From positions 1-35,133 of the forward strand of contig JAZDLF010000002.1 of NCBI GenBank assembly GCA_043802295.1: a stretch of 35,133 nt of DNA. Direction: 5' to 3'. Position 1 is the first letter of the stretch, and every line of letters starts with the position of its first letter. Below the pieces are notes generated by a model. That model searched no databases. It saw only the letters and a program-made list of their open reading frames with translations, and was not told the DNA's origin. This stretch comes from Candidatus Woesearchaeota archaeon (GTDB lineage: Archaea; Nanobdellota; Nanobdellia; SCGC-AAA011-G17; JAPLZO01). Made by a program: the position numbers and the translations under genes. Below, in pieces: positions 25,340 to 31,931 of this stretch.

Positions 25340-27037
25340 TTAAATCCTCTTAAACATATCTTTTGATTCTTCTTTTATAGGTATTATTGATGTTTTGTCT
25401 TCAATTTTTTTAGGAGTATATATTCTATCATGTTTTATTTTAGGCATAAAGTTATTTGATCTTTTTGCAATAATTAACTTTATTATTAAAAATATAATTA
25501 TTAATAATATTATTCCTCCACCAATTATAAATGGTGTTTTCCATTTAACTATAAAATCTTTTACTTTAACAAAATTTCCAGTTATCTTATTTTTAAAACC
25601 AGCAACACCACCAGTTATTTTTTCACCACTTGCAGCTAAAAAAGTTTTGTTCTCGATATTTTGAGTCTCTAATATTATATTATTTCCTGCTAAATATTCA
25701 ACATCCCATGTCTCACTTGTAGAATCTTTGCCATCATTTACAGTTATTTTTAATTTATGTGTGCCATTGCTTAAAGTACTAGGATCTAATACATATTCCT
25801 TTCTTGTTGCATCTTCTATTTTATTATCATCCAAATACCAACTAATAGTCAATGGATCTTCTTCTTGATCAGATACACTTACTCTAAATACTTGTTCTTC
25901 AGACAAAGTCAAATTATTAGTATTATCAGGTAAAATATTTTCTATATCAGGTGGAAAATTTTCTTCTGCAATAATATTACTAGAATCACTTTCATTAGAG
26001 CTACCTTCACTTATTACTTCTTCTAAAATAGAGAGAGTAACCTCTTGACTTGCACTTAAACCAGATGTATCTTTAACAGTAATTGTTATTGCATCATTTC
26101 CAACTTCATCTTCTTTAGGTGTAAATTTTATATTTTTATCAACATTATTAACTATAGCTTCTAATAAACTAGTATCCAAACTAGAAATGCTCCAAGTCAA
26201 TTGATCTTTATTATCTTTATCATCAGTTGCATAATCTAACAAATCTAATGTCCAAGATCCACCATTTTTATATTTAGTTTGATTTGGAATTACATCAGTA
26301 AATTGCGGTTTTTGATTAGAAGAACTTTGATTTTGCTGTTGATTTCCACCACTATCAAAAACAGTTAAAGTAACTTCATTAGAACTTGTACTAGATTTAC
26401 CATCATTTGCAATAAATCTTATCTTTTCGATACCAAACCAATTATTTGGTTGTGAAAAGCTAACCAAATGAGTTATAGGATCAATACTAACCTGAATATT
26501 TAAATTACCACTAACACTATAACTTAATAAATCATTATCAGGATCATAAAAATAATAATCCAAGCTAAAAACATTACTTTTAACAGTATTTTTATCCCAA
26601 CTTACATTTTGAATATATGCATTAGAATTTCTTGGATAAACAGGAAGATTATTTGTTTTAGATAATGTTAAAGTATAATCATTACTTGCTAAAAAACTCT
26701 GATTTAGATTATTTTTAGCAAGACAATTCCATTTATAAATGCCATTTGCCGGGATTTCGTAAGTAAAACTAACTTCTTGTAAATCGCTTGCAGGTTTAGT
26801 ATCCATATTATACCAAACATCACCGCTTTTAAACCTTAAAGTTAAACTATTTAAAGTTTCACCAGCTATTTGTACACCTATACATTTAAATACAATTTTA
26901 TTAGAAGTAGTATTAATAATATTATCTTGAGGTTCTCTTAATCTTACCTCAACAGCACTGACACTTAAACTAAATAATAACAACGCTACAATAACAAAAA
27001 ATAACCTCTTTTGCATAATACTCTTTAATAATAACAT
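25340..27037 (-). CDS. Large surface protein with repeated cadherin/Ig-like domains and a C-terminal TM anchor
   Basis: Signal peptide (RLFFVIVALLLFSLSVSA). Repeated beta-rich modules with acidic motifs (DPDNDLLSYSVSG, DDKDNKDQLTWSI, DQEEDPLTISWYLDD). C-terminal TM segment FIIGGGIILLIIIFLIIKLII followed by a basic tail. Confidence 0.65.
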   Translation of the reverse strand: MLLLKSIMQKRLFFVIVALLLFSLSVSAVEVRLREPQDNIINTTSNKIVFKCIGVQIAGETLNSLTLRFKSGDVWYNMDTKPASDLQEVSFTYEIPANGIYKWNCLAKNNLNQSFLASNDYTLTLSKTNNLPVYPRNSNAYIQNVSWDKNTVKSNVFSLDYYFYDPDNDLLSYSVSGNLNIQVSIDPITHLVSFSQPNNWFGIEKIRFIANDGKSSTSSNEVTLTVFDSGGNQQQNQSSSNQKPQFTDVIPNQTKYKNGGSWTLDLLDYATDDKDNKDQLTWSISSLDTSLLEAIVNNVDKNIKFTPKEDEVGNDAITITVKDTSGLSASQEVTLSILEEVISEGSSNESDSSNIIAEENFPPDIENILPDNTNNLTLSEEQVFRVSVSDQEEDPLTISWYLDDNKIEDATRKEYVLDPSTLSNGTHKLKITVNDGKDSTSETWDVEYLAGNNIILETQNIENKTFLAASGEKITGGVAGFKNKITGNFVKVKDFIVKWKTPFIIGGGIILLIIIFLIIKLIIAKRSNNFMPKIKHDRIYTPKKIEDKTSIIPIKEESKDMFKRI

Positions 27038-27077
27038 ATTTAAATACTTTTGTGTAAATCAAAATATATTCAATAAA

Positions 27078-27335
27078 ATGATACAAATAAGTTTAAGTTT
27101 ATTAGAAAAAATATTAATCTATATATTTATTTTAATAACTTTATTTATTTTTGTTAAATTATCTAATATTAAAATCTTTGGTCATAAAGTTATAAATTTA
27201 AAATATAGGATAATAATTGCAGTATTATTTCCTTTAATTTTAGCTATATTATTAGCACTTGGTTTTTTAATAGTAGTAATTATCCTAGTAATAATTTTTG
27301 TTGTGTTTATACTATCCTTTTTTAGAAAGAAATAA
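27078..27335 (+). CDS. Small hydrophobic membrane protein
   Basis: 85 aa with about 3 TM segments. Hydrophobic ORFs of this kind arise easily in T-rich sequence, so support is weak. Confidence 0.3.
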   Translation: MIQISLSLLEKILIYIFILITLFIFVKLSNIKIFGHKVINLKYRIIIAVLFPLILAILLALGFLIVVIILVIIFVVFILSFFRKK

Positions 27336-28139
27336 TTATGGTGCAACTTCTAAATCAACCATAATATCTTTTCCTGAATACAATCCAGCACCATGATAAC
27401 CAATTGCATCATTAAAAGCATGTAATCCACCATTAACATCTAGTATATAATATCCTTTTCCTGTTGGAGTAACTTCTATATGTTTAGCAATACTTTTTTC
27501 GCTTAATAAGCTTCCATAATCAATAGTATCTCCAAATGAATAAACACGACCATCTTTATCTAATATATAATATCCTTTTCCAACCATTGTAACAGCCATA
27601 CTAACAGCTTTTTTATTAATATCTAAACTTCCATAATCTTTTGCATCACCATACGCATAAACTTCTCCATTTTCATCCAAAATATAATAACCTTTTTCAG
27701 TTCTTGTTAATTCTAAATCAACAAATTTTTTATTAATATCTAAACTTCCATAATCTTTTGCATCACCAAATGTATATACATTACCTTGTTCTGTTAATAA
27801 GTAATAACCTTTATTACTTAACTCCATATCAATAAATTTTTCACCATTTTTAATATTACCATAATCTAATGCATCTCCAAATCCACTAATCTCACCATTA
27901 TTTCTTAAGATGTAATAACCTTCTTCAACTAATTCTAAGTCAACAGCATCGCCTTCTTGTAAACTTAAATTCCCATAATTAACAGTGCTACCAACATTAT
28001 AGACATTACCATATTTATCTAATGCATATAATCCACTATAACTTTTAGCTAAATTACCACTAATATCATTATTTTTTACAACAAAAAATAATGTTAACAA
28101 AAAAATCAAGAAAATAATTATATAACTCTCTTTATCCAT
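27336..28139 (-). CDS. Secreted six-repeat beta-propeller-like protein
   Basis: N-terminal TM/signal segment (IIIFLIFLLTLFFVV) followed by six units of about 38 aa, each of the form GYYILDxxGxVYxFGDAxDYGSL. The DNA of adjacent units is partly identical (for example CCATAATCTTTTGCATCACC occurs at about 27631 and about 27748). Confidence 0.65.
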   Translation of the reverse strand: MDKESYIIIFLIFLLTLFFVVKNNDISGNLAKSYSGLYALDKYGNVYNVGSTVNYGNLSLQEGDAVDLELVEEGYYILRNNGEISGFGDALDYGNIKNGEKFIDMELSNKGYYLLTEQGNVYTFGDAKDYGSLDINKKFVDLELTRTEKGYYILDENGEVYAYGDAKDYGSLDINKKAVSMAVTMVGKGYYILDKDGRVYSFGDTIDYGSLLSEKSIAKHIEVTPTGKGYYILDVNGGLHAFNDAIGYHGAGLYSGKDIMVDLEVAP

Positions 28140-28199
28140 AAATAATATAAAGATTATTTCATTTTAAATATTTTTCTATTTAATAAAAAAAGAAAAAAA

Positions 28200-28760
28200 T
28201 TAGCTAGATTTTCTATTATGAGCTCTTAAGCTTGGTCTTATTTTCTCATAGCCTTTACCTTTTCCATGTAATCCTCTTGATCTTCTTCCTGCACTTGTTT
28301 TTCCTCTGAATGCTCTTCCTTTATCTTCACTAATCCATCTTAAATCTTTATCAGCTTTTATTACAGGACTATCTCTATCAACTAAGATTACTTCAAACCA
28401 ATAATATCTTCCATCTTCAAGAACATAATATGAATTTAAAACTTCACAATTAACATATTTTCTAGCAACTCTTTCCTCAGCAACCCATTGATAATTTTTA
28501 CTAACTATCTTCATTCTTCTACTAGTTTTAGATCTTCTTCCAGCTTTTTGTAATTGTCTTTTTCTGCCACCACGTTTAATCTTAACTCTAACTATGATTA
28601 TACCTTGTTTTGCGCGATATCCCAAAGAACGAGCTCTATCCAATCTAGTTGGTCTTTCTAATCTTACTATAGAAGGTTCTCTTCTCCATTTGATCAGTCT
28701 TTCTCTTGTTAATTCTTCATTAGGGTTTCTAAAAGATTCTCTAATATATTTATATAACAT
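28200..28760 (-). CDS. rpl15e: 50S ribosomal protein L15e
   Basis: [13 protein letters not shown]...[31 protein letters not shown]...RGGRKR matches archaeal L15e. I prefer ATG 28760, which has GGAGG 5 nt upstream, over the track start at 28772. Confidence 0.9.
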   Translation of the reverse strand: MLYKYIRESFRNPNEELTRERLIKWRREPSIVRLERPTRLDRARSLGYRAKQGIIIVRVKIKRGGRKRQLQKAGRRSKTSRRMKIVSKNYQWVAEERVARKYVNCEVLNSYYVLEDGRYYWFEVILVDRDSPVIKADKDLRWISEDKGRAFRGKTSAGRRSRGLHGKGKGYEKIRPSLRAHNRKSS

Positions 28761-28849
28761 TTTGGCCTCCATTAATAATATTTAAGGTTCAAGTAAGCCA
28801 TTACTCACATTCCTTAATAATCCTGTAAAATTAGTCTTTTTAAATATTT

Positions 28850-28857
28850 CTAAAACG
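28850..28857. repeat. Left copy of the 8-bp target-site duplication CTAAAACG
   Basis: Identical to 33503-33510 and directly abuts the left terminal inverted repeat. Confidence 0.8.
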
Positions 28858-28885
28858 GGCTCTGTCACAAACTCGTTTGATAATT
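28858..28885 (+). repeat. Left terminal inverted repeat (IRL)
   Basis: GGCTCTGTCACAAACTCGTTTGATAATT. This resembles published IS6-family ends as I recall them (IS26 GGCACTGTTGCAAA; IS257-type GGTTCTGTTGCAAAGTT). A related subterminal copy, GTGTCAAATTCGGTTGATAG, lies at 28889-28908. Confidence 0.75.
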
Positions 28886-29008
28886 TAGGTGTCAAATTCG
28901 GTTGATAGTTTTAATAGAATTTTACTATAAATAAGTTTAAAAATACTTAAGATATAATCATTTTAGACGAGATATAAAAGAGGCATTATAATTAAGTGGG
29001 GGATATCT

Positions 29009-29191
29009 ATGGGTGAACGTTACTATAATAAAGTAATTTGTGATGTATGTGGTAGAAATGTTAATGTAGCAGATATTTTAGGAAAATGTGTAACTTGTGG
29101 AAAGACTGTTTGTAAATCTTTTTTGCGTGGATGTGGAAAGAAAAGACTTTTTGGTAGTGTTTATTGTAAAGAATGTTTTTATAAAAAATAA
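29009..29191 (+). CDS. Cys-rich zinc-binding mini-protein (60 aa), cargo gene 1
   Basis: The 10 cysteines include three CxxC pairs (CDVC, CVTC, CKEC). A GTGGGGGA ribosome-binding-like sequence lies upstream. TATA-like GATATAAAAG is at 28971-28980. Confidence 0.6.
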   Translation: MGERYYNKVICDVCGRNVNVADILGKCVTCGKTVCKSFLRGCGKKRLFGSVYCKECFYKK

Positions 29192-29241
29192 AAGGTAACA
29201 TTTAAATTCTTAAATTTCTTGTTTCTTATAGAGGATGTGTT

Positions 29242-29481
29242 ATGGGAGATTTAGGAGAAGATTTATTTAAAATGGGTGTAGCCTATAAAATGGCTAAAAG
29301 ATTAACATCTAATTCTTTAACTTGTGATAATTGTGGTAGAACTTATCCTAAAAATAAAGGTGGTGTTTGTAGAAAAGGTGGTTGGGGATGTGGTAGAGAA
29401 TTATGCCAAAAATGTGCTAAAATATGTAAAAGATGCAAAAAAGTTTTTTGCCCAAAACATATAGATAGTCATGGATGTTAG
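29242..29481 (+). CDS. Cys-rich zinc-binding mini-protein (79 aa), cargo gene 2, paralogous to cargo gene 1
   Basis: The sequence has 12 Cys and 2 His. It shares the CDxCGR...GxC...CG(K/R)x(V/L)C pattern with the 60-aa protein. A GAGGA motif lies upstream. Confidence 0.6.
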   Translation: MGDLGEDLFKMGVAYKMAKRLTSNSLTCDNCGRTYPKNKGGVCRKGGWGCGRELCQKCAKICKRCKKVFCPKHIDSHGC

Positions 29482-29918
29482 AGGTAAAAATGGGATATTA
29501 TGAAGAAAAAGAACAGTATGAATCACAAAAAGAATTAGCTGAAGGTTCTAGAGTATTTCATTTTAATAAAGTATTAGATATTCATCCAAAAAGAATAGAA
29601 GAAGTTTTCGATTTCTTTGTTAAAGATAATAAAGATTTAGAACATAAATATGAAATTGAAAAAGTTTTAGAATACAAAAGACCTAATTATTATGAATCAA
29701 TATGGAAAGAAAAACGTTTGTTCGGAATAAAATCAAAATTTACTTTTGAACTACAAGGGTGGAGAACTAAAATAAGATTAATCATAACAATTAGTGTAGA
29801 ATCTTGGAACAAAAATAAGATATGGACAAAAAATACTCTTAAACTATGGAAAGAAGAATGGGAAACTCGTATCCAGCAATTATATGATAATTTTGGTATT
29901 ATAGAAACAAAAAAATAA
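29475..29918 (+). CDS. Hypothetical protein, cargo gene 3
   Basis: ORF track entry; no motif recognised. An alternative start at ATG 29490 (MGYYEEK...) has a GAGGT motif 4 nt upstream and may be the real start. Confidence 0.5.
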   Translation: MLEVKMGYYEEKEQYESQKELAEGSRVFHFNKVLDIHPKRIEEVFDFFVKDNKDLEHKYEIEKVLEYKRPNYYESIWKEKRLFGIKSKFTFELQGWRTKIRLIITISVESWNKNKIWTKNTLKLWKEEWETRIQQLYDNFGIIETKK

Positions 29919-30020
29919 ATCTTGTTCCGTTTGATGGAATAATAACACCACTTTCAAAGAAACCAAAATGTTTAAATATAATAGAAATTTCAAAAATTAT
30001 AAGTTTATAAATAATGTATT

Positions 30021-30183
30021 GAGAGTGGTGACCTCAGTACAATAAGAAAGAGTGGGAGGGCTTATTCTTGAAAACCGATTGAATAAACCCCTCCTTACAC
30101 CAATTTATAATTTCTAGTATGGTAAAATTTATATAGTAGAATAATTATTATGTATATATTCAATCGGGTTTAGTAATTTTTTG
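30021..30183 (+). ncRNA. Candidate structured non-coding RNA or regulatory leader inside the element
   Basis: A local GC-rich island within AT-rich spacer. An imperfect hairpin spans 30052-30100 (GTGGGAGGGCTTATTC ... GAATAAACCCCTCCTTACAC). A competing inverted repeat pairs AAACCGATTGAATA (30072-30085) with TATTCAATCGGGTTT (30157-30171), followed by a T6 run (30177-30182). TATA-like TTTATAAAT is at 30007-30015. The boundaries are guesses. Confidence 0.25.
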
Positions 30184-30298
30184 TTACAATCAAAAGAGTA
30201 GATAATAAAGGGGATGATAATATTAAACTCATTCTTATAAGTTATATACTTTTATAAAATCCAGTCGTACGGACTTAAAGCGTAAGGAAAAAATAAAA

Positions 30299-31297
30299 AT
30301 GGCAGGCAATAAACCAAACATAAATAAGATAAATTTGTCTATAACTAAGACAATAAAGAAATATAAAAATACATTAGGCATTGATAAAAATAAAGGATTT
30401 AAAAGTTCTACATATGAGATAATTAAACTAATAAATTTTGATGCTCTTGAAGACCAAGAGTATTTTGAACAATTAAGGGAAGACATAGCTTCAGAATACA
30501 ACGATAATTTGGGGCATGATGAATATTTTTTTTATGGTGTAATATCTAAAGAAACAAATCTCAATAAAATACAAGTTAAAAGATTGTTTGAACTACAACA
30601 AAAAGTTGGGTTGCCTAGATGTCATATATTTTTAACTAATGGAATTAGAAATAATGAAATTTTACCATTATTACAAGAATGCCTTAATTTAAAAAATGAA
30701 AATCAAAAGATAACATTAACTTCAGATATGAACCTAAATAAAGATTTATTTGAATTTATTGAAGTAGAATTTAAGGATTATGGGCATACATATATTTATA
30801 GGGAAAGAACTAACAAAAATAAAGAAAATTATGATTATATAAATAGTTTAAAGAATGATAAAAAGATTAGGCACATAACAAATATTACTTGGATGTTTTA
30901 TTCTGATAGTTTACCAGTAGTTTTTGAATTATCCTTTAATGGATTTAATTCACAAACTTTAATTAAACATGGTGGTGGAAGTAGTAACAAAAAGAAAAAT
31001 AAACATCCATATAAGATATCTAATGTGGATACAGCTCTTATGTTTGAACAAGAATTAGCTTTAATTAAACCATTGGGATTACATGAAAATAAATCATGTG
31101 ATTGTATACTGCATAATGATGGACTTATTCTAAATCCAGATATTATTAAATTTTTAGAAAAATCTGAATATGGAAAGATGTGGTTAGAAATGCATAATTT
31201 ACAAAAAATCTTGGATTTATTGAATGAACCTGAAAGTGAACTACTTGAAATAACCTCGATTAGTCAAAGGGTTAAAGAATTGGGGATAATCTCTTAA
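30299..31297 (+). CDS. Hypothetical 332-aa protein, cargo gene 4; its N-terminus and translation-initiation region resemble those of the transposase
   Basis: ORF track entry. It begins MAGNKPNINKIN, against MAGNHINPKNNKIN in the transposase. The DNA shares AGGAAAAA..ATGGCAGG and AATAAGATAAAT. No catalytic motif recognised. Confidence 0.6.
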   Translation: MAGNKPNINKINLSITKTIKKYKNTLGIDKNKGFKSSTYEIIKLINFDALEDQEYFEQLREDIASEYNDNLGHDEYFFYGVISKETNLNKIQVKRLFELQQKVGLPRCHIFLTNGIRNNEILPLLQECLNLKNENQKITLTSDMNLNKDLFEFIEVEFKDYGHTYIYRERTNKNKENYDYINSLKNDKKIRHITNITWMFYSDSLPVVFELSFNGFNSQTLIKHGGGSSNKKKNKHPYKISNVDTALMFEQELALIKPLGLHENKSCDCILHNDGLILNPDIIKFLEKSEYGKMWLEMHNLQKILDLLNEPESELLEITSISQRVKELGIIS

Positions 31298-31543
31298 TAT
31301 CTCCATTTTTTTTATTATTCTATTTAAATCCTTTATACTCTTTTCTTTTTTAGCAAATTTTTTACTAGCTTCTTTTGAAGAATGTTCACAAATTAAATAG
31401 TTATATTGATTAATATTATCTAAATTTGAACAACACTCACATTTATTATTCTTATTCCACTCTATAAAAAAATCTTTTTTTAATTTATATAATTCTTCAT
31501 ATTTAAATTTTAATAAAGCTTGAAGACAAAATAAAGAGGTCAT
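31241..31543 (-). CDS. Hypothetical 100-aa protein, cargo gene 5
   Basis: ORF track entry, coupled by an ATGA overlap to the untracked 57-aa ORF upstream. It contains CECC...CEH. The 3' end overlaps the convergent gene at 30299-31297 by 57 nt. Confidence 0.45.
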   Translation of the reverse strand: MTSLFCLQALLKFKYEELYKLKKDFFIEWNKNNKCECCSNLDNINQYNYLICEHSSKEASKKFAKKEKSIKDLNRIIKKMEILRDYPQFFNPLTNRGYFK

Positions 31544-31713
31544 TTTTTCTTTACCTCTTTTAGAACAAAGACTATAACTTCTCTATCTATAAACTCCTTT
31601 TCACAATTTATTTTTCCAGAATTACCACCATTAGATTTTACAACTTCAGAATATACTTTATCATAACTCAATTTAATAATCAATTTCTTTGCTGTCGTTG
31701 AATTGATATCCAT
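31540..31713 (-). CDS. Hypothetical 57-aa protein, untracked ORF, cargo gene 6
   Basis: Hand translation gives MDINSTTAKKLIIKLSYDKVYSEVVKSNGGNSGKINCEKEFIDREVIVFVLKEVKKK. Its ATG is the innermost of three ATGs within the palindromic repeat. The stop overlaps the next start as ATGA. Confidence 0.45.
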   Translation of the reverse strand: MDINSTTAKKLIIKLSYDKVYSEVVKSNGGNSGKINCEKEFIDREVIVFVLKEVKKK

Positions 31714-31730
31714 GGATATCCATGGATATC
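31705..31730. promoter_or_regulatory. 26-bp perfect palindrome built from 10-bp tandem units (candidate operator)
   Basis: GATATCCATGGATATCCATGGATATC equals its own reverse complement. It sits between the divergent 57-aa ORF and the ribbon-helix-helix ORF. Confidence 0.6.
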
Positions 31731-31777
31731 CATTATTTAAATAGATTATTGTAATAAAAGATATATTTTATTTAATA

Positions 31778-31793
31778 GAAACCTTTATATATT
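31778..31793 (+). promoter_or_regulatory. BRE/TATA promoter of the ribbon-helix-helix gene
   Basis: GAAACCTTTATATATT is identical to the 16-mer upstream of aspS (7605-7620). It lies 22 nt upstream of ATG 31815, which suggests a leaderless mRNA. Confidence 0.5.
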
Positions 31794-31814
31794 AGTATGT
31801 ATTATACATATTAT

Positions 31815-31931
31815 ATGGAATACATAAAAAAGACTATAACAATAACAAAAGAACAAGAAAAATGGATTGATGATAATAGCATTAATTTAAGTCGTTTTGT
31901 TCAAAAGGCATTAGATAAAATAAGAAAATAA
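31815..31931 (+). CDS. Ribbon-helix-helix (CopG/Arc-like) DNA-binding protein, 38 aa, untracked ORF
   Basis: Hand translation gives MEYIKKTITITKEQEKWIDDNSINLSRFVQKALDKIRK. It shows a beta-strand (TITIT) followed by two short helices, the classic ribbon-helix-helix layout. Confidence 0.6.
   Translation: MEYIKKTITITKEQEKWIDDNSINLSRFVQKALDKIRK

Noticed and set aside
25395-25664. 89-aa plus-strand ORF
   Set aside because: It lies antisense within the surface-protein gene.
27621-27770. Near-identical DNA repeats suggesting a mobile or intergenic repeat family
   Set aside because: They are in frame within one ORF and correspond to consecutive protein repeat units of the propeller-like protein.
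28594-28785. 63-aa plus-strand ORF
   Set aside because: It lies antisense within rpl15e.
30074-30082. ACCGATTGA, shared with the 3' half of the tRNA-Arg (19254-19262), as a possible tRNA-derived att site of an integrative element
   Set aside because: Only 9 nt match and the flanks diverge at once. The element boundaries are fully explained by the inverted repeats and the 8-bp duplication at 28850 and 33503.
30235-30501. 88-aa minus-strand ORF overlapping the start of the 332-aa gene
   Set aside because: It lies antisense to a longer ORF that has a clear ribosome-binding site, and it would run through the promoter and 5' hairpin region of that gene. Its hydrophobic composition is typical of T-rich antisense frames.
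31691-31712. GCTGTCGTTGAATTGATATCC as an internal IS6-type inverted repeat that would define a shorter 1.8-kb IS (31690-33502)
   Set aside because: It shares only CTGTC and TTGATA with the true ends. The spacer is different (6 nt), the GG tip is missing, and no matching duplication flanks it. I could not exclude it fully, so it is noted as the main alternative to the single 4.6-kb unit.
31705-31733. The 10-bp tandem repeat as a possible CRISPR or minisatellite
   Set aside because: There are under three units, no spacers, and the whole forms a perfect palindrome at a divergent promoter. An operator role is far more likely.
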